This document shows, piece by piece, positions 7,892 to 15,407 of a DNA stretch of 32,000 nt. The translations under genes and the position numbers were made by a program. This DNA is from Halomicronema hongdechloris C2206 (GTDB lineage: Bacteria; Cyanobacteriota; Cyanobacteriia; Phormidesmidales; Phormidesmidaceae): the NCBI RefSeq assembly GCF_002075285.3, contig NZ_CP021983.2:2340001-2372000 (forward strand), written 5' to 3'. Below the pieces are notes generated by a model. The model was not told the origin of the DNA, did no database searches, and saw only the letters and a list, made by a program, of their open reading frames with translations. Position 1 is the first letter of the stretch. Every line of letters starts with the position of its first letter.

Positions 7892-8176
7892 ATGACTCTA
7901 AACTTAGATTTGCCACCCGAACTGGAGCAGTACCTCTTGCAAGAAGCCGAGCAGCAAGGTCTATCGGTTGAAGCAATGACCTTACAGCTTTTGACGAATT
8001 CGCTTCAACTCAGGCAACAACAAGCTGAAGCCGTTTATATGCTTCAGTCCTGGATTGACGATGAGGATGTTGAAGAGCAACAGGAGACAGGTGAGTATTT
8101 GGTTCAGGTGCTGGATGAGGATCGGCTTTCTGACCGCAAGTTATTCCCCCTCGAAATGAAAGGGGTTACATGGTAG
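7892..8176 (+). CDS. Antitoxin-like protein of a PIN-type toxin-antitoxin pair
   Basis: 94-aa acidic ORF (MTLNLDLPPELEQYLLQEAEQQGLSVEAMTLQLL...) whose stop overlaps the PIN gene start by 7 nt (ATGGTAG, 8170-8176). The palindrome CAAGTAACTTG at 7872-7882 just upstream is a possible operator. Confidence 0.7.
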   Translation: MTLNLDLPPELEQYLLQEAEQQGLSVEAMTLQLLTNSLQLRQQQAEAVYMLQSWIDDEDVEEQQETGEYLVQVLDEDRLSDRKLFPLEMKGVTW

Positions 8177-8625
8177 AGCGTTTAATCGTATTGGATACAG
8201 GGCCAATTGGCCTGGTTACCAATCCTAAGCTCTCTTCCCAAGGTGTTGCTTGTAACCAGTGGCTTCAGTCTCATCTCAAGTTGGGTGACCGCATAATCGT
8301 TCCAGAAATTGCTGATTATGAAGTGCGCCGTGAGTTATTGCGAGCCAATAAAAAGAAAGGGCTTACTCGGCTAGATAGCTTGTGTCAACGACTTGAATAT
8401 TTGCCGATTGCGACTGCCTCAATGCGGCAAGCAGCTGCACTATGGGCACAGGCGCGACAGCAGGGACAGCCAACGGCAGGGGATAAAACCATTGACGGTG
8501 ACATGATTCTGATTGCTCAGGCTAAGACTCTAGGAGACTCAGATGTGGTGATTGCCACAACTAATGTGGGGCATCTATCGAGGTTTATTGCAGCTGACTT
8601 GTGGCAGAACATTCTTCCCAATTAA
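8170..8625 (+). CDS. PIN-domain (VapC-like) toxin
   Basis: 151-aa ORF with IVLDTGPIG near the N-terminus, ..DGDMILIAQAK.. and ..VIATTNVGHLSRF.., the acidic-residue pattern typical of PIN nucleases. It is translationally coupled to the upstream small ORF. Confidence 0.75.
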   Translation: MVERLIVLDTGPIGLVTNPKLSSQGVACNQWLQSHLKLGDRIIVPEIADYEVRRELLRANKKKGLTRLDSLCQRLEYLPIATASMRQAAALWAQARQQGQPTAGDKTIDGDMILIAQAKTLGDSDVVIATTNVGHLSRFIAADLWQNILPN

Positions 8626-8630
8626 CCGCC

Positions 8631-8717
8631 ACCTAACAACCCGGCTGGAGCGGACTGCTGGGAGATCTTGGATGTGTTGCCAAGGCTGCTTGCAGCCGCT
8701 CAGCCGGAACGTTATGC
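8631..8717 (+). other. attC-like recombination site 1 (87 bp)
   Basis: R'' is ACCTAAC (8631-8637) and R' is GTTATGC (8711-8717). The left arm CCGGCTGGAGCGG pairs with the right arm CCGCTCAGCCGG, leaving one extra G in the left arm. It starts 5 nt after the PIN gene stop. Confidence 0.7.
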
Positions 8718-8758
8718 AGCAATCTGCGTTAATTTAAGATTTTCGTTTGGACAATAAT

Positions 8759-8944
8759 ATGGCAGATTTTCTGTGGGAAAAACTAGATTGCAAAAACCAG
8801 CCAACAGGGGGATTGGGTGCATGGAGAGCAAAAGTGCCTGGCGGTTGGATAATAGCCGTTCGCTGTGGCGGCGGTGAAGGTGGCGGGGTAACATTCTATC
8901 CAGATCCTAATCACCAATGGAATGGCGGCACTCTATCCTCGTGA
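8759..8944 (+). CDS. Small Gly-rich hypothetical protein (cassette 2)
   Basis: ORF MADFLWEKLDCKNQPTGGLGAWRAKVPGGWIIAVRCGGGEGGGVTFYPDPNHQWNGGTLSS. The track starts it at a TTG at 8747; the ATG at 8759 is more likely. It sits exactly between two attC-like sites. Confidence 0.45.
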   Translation: MADFLWEKLDCKNQPTGGLGAWRAKVPGGWIIAVRCGGGEGGGVTFYPDPNHQWNGGTLSS

Positions 8945-8948
8945 GTTT

Positions 8949-9008
8949 GCATAACTGGGATGCACTCCGTGGGTCTTTATTAAAAAGTTCCAGCTCATTT
9001 AATTAGCC
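8949..9008 (+). other. attC-like site 2 (short, degenerate)
   Basis: GCATAAC (8949-8955) followed by TGGGATGCAC pairs imperfectly (about 10 of 15) with GTTCCAGCTCATTTA (8987-9001). It ends in ATTAGCC (9002-9008), directly before the next ATG. Confidence 0.35.
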
Positions 9009-9377
9009 ATGGAAATCCAACGAACTATCTATGTCTTGGCGGTGCCAGATCTTGAAAAATCTGCTGAATTCTTTCGCAATGTATTAGATTTCACTATTCA
9101 CGAGATTGGCGATCAAGGATGGCGAATGTTCGCAAGAGATAATTGTCGAATAATGGCTGGACATTGTCCTGATGCTATTCGACCTAGTGAGCTTGGTGAT
9201 CATTCCTATTTCGGATACTTTGTTGTCGATGATGTAGATGATTACTATGGCATGGTTACCTCAAAGGGTGCAGAGATAATTAAACCTCTCAAGAGTGAAA
9301 AATGGGGGATGCGAGAATTTGGTGTAAGAACTATTGATGGACATCGAATTATGATTGGTCAAGATCTTGAGGAATAA
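9009..9377 (+). CDS. VOC-superfamily protein (glyoxalase/bleomycin-resistance fold)
   Basis: 122-aa ORF with a C-terminal ..KWGMREFGVRTIDGHRIMIGQ.. motif characteristic of glyoxalase/bleomycin-resistance family proteins. This is a cassette type I recall as frequent in integrons. Confidence 0.75.
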   Translation: MEIQRTIYVLAVPDLEKSAEFFRNVLDFTIHEIGDQGWRMFARDNCRIMAGHCPDAIRPSELGDHSYFGYFVVDDVDDYYGMVTSKGAEIIKPLKSEKWGMREFGVRTIDGHRIMIGQDLEE

Positions 9378-9383
9378 CTTAGT

Positions 9384-9469
9384 GCATAACAACCCTGGTG
9401 CAGCGGATTTACCGAAGCCACTTGTAAGCTTTCAGAGTTCTCGACAGCCGATGACCAGAACCATTAGCC
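9384..9469 (+). other. attC-like site 3 (86 bp)
   Basis: GCATAAC (9384-9390) is followed by AACCCTGGTGCAGCGGAT, nearly the same left arm as site 1. It pairs with AGCCGATGACCAGAACC (9446-9462) with an extra G in the left arm. The right core is degenerate: ATTAGCC (9463-9469). Confidence 0.5.
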
Positions 9470-9535
9470 AGCAAAGAGTTACCGCTGGTTTCATTCACTG
9501 TCGTGGGTAAGCCGTGCCTCTAAAAGCTCGACGTA

Positions 9536-10762
9536 ATGGAGTGTTTTATGTGGACAATTGAGCAGATCACCGTGGAAGGCGCCGTTTCCTCAGACGCATA
9601 TATGAGTGATGGAAAACCGGTGGTGGGAACTCGCCGTGGTCCCGAAGGAGCCAGTTTTCGTTTGTATGTCACCGGACGCGGCATGCTGGACATCACCGAT
9701 ACCGGCCACCAGCCGGGTGGGCCGCACTACTGGCAGTTGGTTATCAACAATCAGGTTTATTGGTATGACGGCGACGGCGGTCCGCTGATCTGGATCGGAA
9801 CTGATGGTTCCGTTAGGGTGACCGGAGACGGAAACGATGTTGGTTGTCAGTTGCTGCCTCTGCCGGAGATATTGGAAAGCGACCTTGCGCTCCTGCAACA
9901 AATGAAGTCGGAAAAGCTGATTCCCTATGGACAACTCCAACCCGGCGAACGGCCGTATTCCAGCGTGGAAGACATCGCCGCACAATACTTTGCATTTTCT
10001 CATGCGTGGTCGGACTTGGGATTGACGGTCTACGACTGGACCAGCGCCGACTTCTTTCGCATGGACATATTTCATTTGTATCGCTACACAGCGGTGGCTG
10101 GCCAGCCGCTGGATGACAATGACATTATCCAAGGGATCTGGACGTCCAATTGGCCCCCGTACACACCTCAGGATCCGACCTTCATGGCATCCTTGATGAT
10201 GTCGCCAGCTACCAGCGAGCAGCAAGTGGCTGAGCAGTATCAAGACGTGAAACGGCAGATGCAGACCTATCTGGACGCCTTGATGCGATTGACCCGCAGT
10301 TCGATGTACGCTATGCCACGAACGAGCACCTTGGCAAAGCCCATGCTCTACAGCGGACAGGTGGCCATCTCGAACCTGGGACAGGATGCCATGGCCGTCT
10401 ACTTCGAACAGTACCCCGGCAACGCGGGACCCGTCGGATCACCGATGGGCATGTCGATCGATGAAGCACTCCAGGGATTTATGAGCCCGGACAGCATGCT
10501 CACGCTTAAGTCCTTTCTGAGCTTCACTGACAGTGCTCAAGATGCCCAACATTATTCCAACGGAATTATCGTCGAAATGTCACCGCCTGTGGGGGCCGTG
10601 GTCTGGCCACAGTGCCCGTACCTCACTTCGCTGTCCAATAGCGCAACAAAGATCGAATACACTTATGCGCCCGGTAGCCAATGGGAAATCACCGGATCGC
10701 GCAAAGAGACCATCGGGAGCAAGACCTACACAGTCCTCTCGATGCGAGATTGCCTACCATGA
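9536..10762 (+). CDS. Hypothetical protein; the C-terminal approximately 150 aa resemble an ADP-ribosyltransferase (R-S-E type) fold with an atypical triad
   Basis: 408-aa ORF with GC-rich coding-like usage. Motif spacing resembles C3/VIP2-type ARTs: LYSG (aa 271-274, where Y-R-G is expected), FLSFTDS (aa 327-333, an STS-like motif) and KIEYTYAPGSQWEI (aa 372-385, where [QE]xE...G-S-x-aromatic-x-I is expected). Confidence 0.8.
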   Translation: MECFMWTIEQITVEGAVSSDAYMSDGKPVVGTRRGPEGASFRLYVTGRGMLDITDTGHQPGGPHYWQLVINNQVYWYDGDGGPLIWIGTDGSVRVTGDGNDVGCQLLPLPEILESDLALLQQMKSEKLIPYGQLQPGERPYSSVEDIAAQYFAFSHAWSDLGLTVYDWTSADFFRMDIFHLYRYTAVAGQPLDDNDIIQGIWTSNWPPYTPQDPTFMASLMMSPATSEQQVAEQYQDVKRQMQTYLDALMRLTRSSMYAMPRTSTLAKPMLYSGQVAISNLGQDAMAVYFEQYPGNAGPVGSPMGMSIDEALQGFMSPDSMLTLKSFLSFTDSAQDAQHYSNGIIVEMSPPVGAVVWPQCPYLTSLSNSATKIEYTYAPGSQWEITGSRKETIGSKTYTVLSMRDCLP

Positions 10763-10802
10763 AGAGATTGTCGCTACTCATGGTGTATCCTCGTCTGGTT
10801 TT

Positions 10803-10955
10803 GCTTAATTCAGCAGGATACGCCCTTTCCTAATTTCTCTCCATACACCAGAAATGAGCATAGCTCGGCTCCGAGAGCGATTGCCCGTTGAAACATCGAA
10901 ACTGTCAGAAAAGAGCTAGCGTGAAGATTCAATCCAACAAGGGCGCTGATTAGGA
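10803..10955 (+). other. Long imperfect inverted repeat, possible degenerate attC (site 4)
   Basis: GCTTAATTCAGC..GCCCTT (10803-10828) is inverted as AAGGGCGCTGATTAGGAGC (10939-10957). The cores TTAAT / ATTAG are off-consensus. Confidence 0.3.
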
Positions 10956-10968
10956 GCAGTACATACAT
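10810..10968 (-). CDS. Possible small hydrophobic peptide (52 aa), antisense to the cassette direction
   Basis: This is the non-overlapping distal part of track ORF 10810-11163: MYVLLLISALVGLNLHASSFLTVSMFQRAIALGAELCSFLVYGEKLGKGVSC. It has two hydrophobic stretches and no convincing RBS. Confidence 0.2.
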   Translation of the reverse strand: MYVLLLISALVGLNLHASSFLTVSMFQRAIALGAELCSFLVYGEKLGKGVSC

Positions 10969-10995
10969 CGCTACTAGTCTCACTGGAGATAAAGG

Positions 10996-11376
10996 ATGCC
11001 ATTTACTGTCACCTACAACACCGAACTCGCAATCGTCGAAACAATCTTCTTCGGACTCGTTAGTGCTGACGAAGCCGCACGTGAAATAGTTGAAAGCCAT
11101 CAACTCGCTGTCGAAAAAGATTGTCGTCTGTTCTTCACCGATCTCTCCAGGGCAGAGCTTCAATTGTCACTTGTCGATGTCTATGGGATGCCCGATACAT
11201 ATGAGAAAATGGGTTGGGAGCGGCGAGTACGGATAGCATTCATCCCGCCGTCAGGTGATGAAGGACGTCACCTTGCAGAATTCTACGAAACTGTTGGGGT
11301 GAATCGGGGCTGGACGGTGAAGATCTTTTCGAATAAGCAACAGGCTGTCCAATGGCTCATCGAGGATGTCGAATGA
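10996..11376 (+). CDS. Hypothetical protein, STAS/SpoIIAA-like by sequence pattern
   Basis: 126-aa ORF with GGAG/AAGGA upstream. Alternating beta/alpha-like pattern and a C-terminal ..FSNKQQAVQWL.. typical of STAS-like domains. This is pattern recollection only. Confidence 0.55.
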   Translation: MPFTVTYNTELAIVETIFFGLVSADEAAREIVESHQLAVEKDCRLFFTDLSRAELQLSLVDVYGMPDTYEKMGWERRVRIAFIPPSGDEGRHLAEFYETVGVNRGWTVKIFSNKQQAVQWLIEDVE

Positions 11377-11416
11377 CTCATCGCCACTGGAGGAGGATCT
11401 CTGATCCCACGGGATG

Positions 11417-11517
11417 GCATAACAAACGCATGCATTGAAGCCGCCGATCCGGTCGGGCTTCAATGGAGCATCACTTGGCGGCGGCCCGGTGATGCTGACC
11501 GTTATGCGTCACAACTT
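11417..11517 (+). other. attC-like recombination site 5 (101 bp)
   Basis: Perfectly complementary cores GCATAAC (11417-11423) and GTTATGC (11511-11517). Inner arms GCAT..GCCGCCG / CGGCGGC..ATGC pair with bulges. There is also an internal hairpin CATTGAAGCC / GGCTTCAATG. Confidence 0.65.
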
Positions 11518-11618
11518 TAGATGAAGACCAGCTAAAATTTGATCTACGTGACCGACCAATCCGAGCTGTATGAAATTTCTTTTGAAGAAGAACTAAAATC
11601 TTTTCTTACAATCGTGTT

Positions 11619-12380
11619 ATGAAGATTGAATTTGTACCATTACTGCAACTTCAGCGTGATCTCTACAGCATTCCAAGAGGTCAGGAGCGCTTTCAAACTT
11701 ATCTCGAAACAATGCTCAATGCTGGTGCTTCGGATGTTGAATTGTTGCCAATGGTGGTAATAAATCCAATGGGCAAAGCTCATATACCAGCAATGCTTGA
11801 TACCTTGCTTGCTATGAATGCCGATGCTGTAGCATCTCTTGCGATTTCAAAAGTCTTAAACCAGTTTGGTGATGTCAATAGGGCATTCAAGCTAGGATTG
11901 GTGGTTGCCGACGATCAAATGGGAGGATGGACAAATCGTTATACAAGTGAATTTAGTATCCGCTTTGAACTGCAAAATTATCTCAAGCGGGGGTGGTTAG
12001 CTGTGGTTTTATGGACAAGTGAAGTTCCATCTGCAGAAAAAGTCCGGGAAGAAACTTTAATTACCATACATCGTGTGGCGTATATCCAACGGTATGGATT
12101 TGCGCTTACATTACAAGAGATGTTGAATCAAGAAGGATATGCAATGGCAATGGCAGATTGTAGACAACCCTCTCTTGATGAAGATGATATTGCTTACACC
12201 TGCAAAGTAATCTCACCGTATCTTTCTACTCAAGATTACCCCACAATCATGGCCTGCTTGTTTGGCGACCAAGCCGCTCATTTGCTGGGATACAGACCAC
12301 ACGGTTTGAGCGAACGTGCTGGTTTAGCGTTGGCGTTACATCAAGCTCAGCATAACACTGCGCAGGAAAAGTATTTTTAA
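11619..12380 (+). CDS. Hypothetical protein (253 aa), no family recognised
   Basis: Long ORF with a coherent frame, visibly more AT-rich than the core genes, and flanked by attC-like sites 5 and 6. Confidence 0.6.
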   Translation: MKIEFVPLLQLQRDLYSIPRGQERFQTYLETMLNAGASDVELLPMVVINPMGKAHIPAMLDTLLAMNADAVASLAISKVLNQFGDVNRAFKLGLVVADDQMGGWTNRYTSEFSIRFELQNYLKRGWLAVVLWTSEVPSAEKVREETLITIHRVAYIQRYGFALTLQEMLNQEGYAMAMADCRQPSLDEDDIAYTCKVISPYLSTQDYPTIMACLFGDQAAHLLGYRPHGLSERAGLALALHQAQHNTAQEKYF

Positions 12381-12470
12381 CTGAGCGTATCGGTTCTTTG
12401 CCAGACCATTTGCAGAAAGACATTGATGACGGTTTGCGAATGGTTTTGTATCTCTAGCCGTCAGCTAATG
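12374..12470 (+). other. attC-like site 6 (degenerate)
   Basis: TTTTAACTGAGCG (12374-12386, containing the stop of the 253-aa ORF) pairs with GCCGTCAGCTAATGC (12456-12470) at about 8 of 11 positions. GTTACAA follows at 12475-12481. Confidence 0.3.
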
Positions 12471-12476
12471 CTGTCG

Positions 12477-15407
12477 TTACAAACCTGTGACAAAAAATAC
12501 AGGCAGTAAAATACCGGCAAGCACGGCAGCCATTAGCTTCTGAAACAGGAAGAATAGGCGAGTGCATCCCTCTGACTCTTCGAAGACGAAATTATGGAGA
12601 TGTTCATCCAAGTTAATGATAGGCAGCAAGATATCCAGGCTGAAGACCATCGATAACCAAGCCACGCGAAATCTCCAACCACTAAGCTTTCTTGTTGCGA
12701 AGTCAACAAAAAATGGGACGAGAATAGCAATTGCTAGAATAAAAATAATGATTGCTGGGATTTTTAGATGCGTATACAACGCAGGCACATATAACTGAAT
12801 AGCAACAAGAAAAGTCGCAAGAAATAAGAGAAGTGGCTTAAAAAATAAATGAATAGTTCTTGCCAATCCCTTTCTAGGTCGATTCAAATATGGATATTGA
12901 TGTTCTCTGATCTGATCTTCCTTGAGATTGATCAGATCTAGGGTGCCGTTACATGAACCTTTTTGATCGAAAAACCATTTTCCCGAATCTGGAAAGATAT
13001 TTTGGCCGCAGCCAAATGTCTCAATCTGCTTCGCGTTTATGATCTCAACAAGATTTTTCAGATTCTGAGTGTCTTGATGATGATTGACATAGATATAGTC
13101 AGCATTTTGCCTGCTCACTTTGTCGAGCTTAGATCCCTCAAGTATTTTTTCGAGCTCAAAGTCAGGTTCGAATTTCACATATAGGTCAAGTCTATCGAGA
13201 CCGTCATATGTCCCGATGCTAGATTTTGATTTTAGCTTAAAGAATAATATCTTTGAAATAGAGTCACTATACTTTAAAGCCTGCCTTAGACATATGTTTG
13301 GCACAGAAACTTTGTTGAATAGTGCATCTTCTAGATCTCTCGATTTGATCACCTTCTTGATTAAGTCGGATTGCTTTCTGAGAATTCGTCTAAAGGCAAG
13401 AAAGCCTCCTATCATCCAAACGATGACAAAAAGCCTGAGTGCCTTGAAACGATAGTAACTAAATCCGTATAGAAAATCACTGATGGTGAGTTGTATAAAT
13501 TTAGCGGTAAATCTGCCATTTTGCTCTTTCTCTATGAGCACTTCTAAGCGGTTACGTTTATAGAGGAGGTCTCGTTCCATATCATACTTACCCAATGATC
13601 TGGCAACCATTGCGGCTTGCTCTAGGGGTTGCAGTAGAGATTCAAGTCGTGGTAAAAGCTCACTGTCTAATGACAGGGATTCATCTAAATCCTGTTGTCT
13701 AGTTGATGCTAACCTTATGCTTGAAAGAGTTCTCACTACTCTCTGCCAGGTGGATGGAGCAGCCTTATTGTATTTAGCATCTAAGCAGCTGGTGAGCAAA
13801 CTAAAACCTGCTGAATTAGCCTTTTGATAGTGAAATCTATTTAAATCTATTAAACACTCACCTGATATTTCCTGATCCATTTCCTCATTGTCTGATTTAA
13901 TAATATTAAAACTATTAACCTGAGCGTCTTCTAGGAGTAGATCTATATTATCTGATTCATTTGTTCTTTCCTTAAAGAACAAATTCTGGAATCCTGGCTG
14001 TCTATTCTTGAAATCGAAAACTACGTTACTAGCGACCATATTATCTAAGTCAAGCCTTATTTGATCAGGTGTTTCTTTATCAAAGATAAGCATGAAATCG
14101 TTGATTTCAGAGTCAGATAAGTTAATACTATGATTTGAGAAATCACCACTTAAAATGATGTCGCGACCTTGAAGGGATTCTAAATTTATCTCGGAACTCT
14201 CATTGTTGCTCGCACGTCCATTACCCTTAAGAATGACATTCCTCAAGAAGAGATCACCTTGAAGAGTAATATTATTGATGAAAATACCTCCCTCAAATTG
14301 AGATCCATCCAGATTCAAGCTTCTTAGGAAATTAGACTTATAAAGTCTAACCGATTTCCTGAATACCGAATCCTTTAGCTGTAGTTCTTGTTCGATATCA
14401 GACGATGACAGATCTAACTCTTCGTTGAAATATGCTCCTCGAGTGATAACTGTTCCAGGTAAAGCACTACGAAAGGGCTCTCGTAATAGAATCGTCTTCA
14501 AGAAATTATTGCCAACGGAGTACTTATTTAAGTATTCCTGAAAGTTAATCCGAGATCCTGATTCGGCTTCTGTTTTTTTCTCTGAAAGGTCGAGGACTGC
14601 ATCCCAGAAGGCTTGGTGCTTTTCCTTCAGCAAGCCAGAAAGTTTATTGTAATCTTCCTTATTACTGTCTACTATATTTCTTAAAGTCCCTTCGTTTTCG
14701 TAAATCAAAGATGCAGTTGAGTATTCTTTGTCTGTTTGGCTAGTCAGGATTTGTACGAGCTCAGATAGCTTAATTAGAAATGATTTTTCCTCCGGGCGTT
14801 TAGAGTTATTCTCTATAAGAAATTTGAGAGACGTTTCTAGCGGTACATCTGAAGCCAGATTAAATAAGGCACTTAGTAATTTATCTGATTTAGGTCTCTC
14901 GATGTCTTCTTGCAATGCAGAATTCAACTGAATTCGATACTCTGCAATCAAGCCAGTGTAGTCAAAATTCTCATGATCAAAGTTTTCATTCAGTAATTGA
15001 CTATTGTTTTCTACTAGGTCTCTAATAATTAGGGCACTTAAAAAGATTTTATGGAAATTGGCTTCCTGACCAGCACAGACATGTCGCCAAATCCAGCGTT
15101 CAGGAAACCCCCACGTATCTCTTGCATGCCTCTCTTGAGGAGTTAACTCTTTCGATTTGGTTTCGTGGCGGTCTAATACAATACACTCGAATTGACCTGG
15201 AATTAACTGCGGTGGATAGGGGAATGTCTTAGTGCGCTCTAGTTCAGCAGCCTGTTGCGGTGTATTAGTCTGTTGAGGTGCAGTTGTCGGAGACTGTTGT
15301 GCGAATATTGGAGACCACAGCGATCCTGCTGCAATCGATAGCCAGCAGGCCGATAGTAAAATTGCAATAAATCTATAGGCGATCTGTCTGGTATGGTGAC
15401 TCAGCAT
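12477..15407 (-). CDS. Large secreted/membrane protein (976 aa): signal peptide, helical region, beta-helix/pentapeptide-like repeats, C-terminal multi-TM region
   Basis: An uninterrupted 2.9-kb ORF in very AT-rich DNA (17/60 GC at 13861-13920). N-terminal signal FIAILLSACWLSIAAGSLWSPIFA. Repeats such as LRSLNLDGSQFEGGIFINNITLQGDLFLRNVILKG. Hydrophobic helices occur near aa 650-680 and in the last approximately 150 aa. Confidence 0.8.
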   Translation of the reverse strand: MLSHHTRQIAYRFIAILLSACWLSIAAGSLWSPIFAQQSPTTAPQQTNTPQQAAELERTKTFPYPPQLIPGQFECIVLDRHETKSKELTPQERHARDTWGFPERWIWRHVCAGQEANFHKIFLSALIIRDLVENNSQLLNENFDHENFDYTGLIAEYRIQLNSALQEDIERPKSDKLLSALFNLASDVPLETSLKFLIENNSKRPEEKSFLIKLSELVQILTSQTDKEYSTASLIYENEGTLRNIVDSNKEDYNKLSGLLKEKHQAFWDAVLDLSEKKTEAESGSRINFQEYLNKYSVGNNFLKTILLREPFRSALPGTVITRGAYFNEELDLSSSDIEQELQLKDSVFRKSVRLYKSNFLRSLNLDGSQFEGGIFINNITLQGDLFLRNVILKGNGRASNNESSEINLESLQGRDIILSGDFSNHSINLSDSEINDFMLIFDKETPDQIRLDLDNMVASNVVFDFKNRQPGFQNLFFKERTNESDNIDLLLEDAQVNSFNIIKSDNEEMDQEISGECLIDLNRFHYQKANSAGFSLLTSCLDAKYNKAAPSTWQRVVRTLSSIRLASTRQQDLDESLSLDSELLPRLESLLQPLEQAAMVARSLGKYDMERDLLYKRNRLEVLIEKEQNGRFTAKFIQLTISDFLYGFSYYRFKALRLFVIVWMIGGFLAFRRILRKQSDLIKKVIKSRDLEDALFNKVSVPNICLRQALKYSDSISKILFFKLKSKSSIGTYDGLDRLDLYVKFEPDFELEKILEGSKLDKVSRQNADYIYVNHHQDTQNLKNLVEIINAKQIETFGCGQNIFPDSGKWFFDQKGSCNGTLDLINLKEDQIREHQYPYLNRPRKGLARTIHLFFKPLLLFLATFLVAIQLYVPALYTHLKIPAIIIFILAIAILVPFFVDFATRKLSGWRFRVAWLSMVFSLDILLPIINLDEHLHNFVFEESEGCTRLFFLFQKLMAAVLAGILLPVFFVTGL

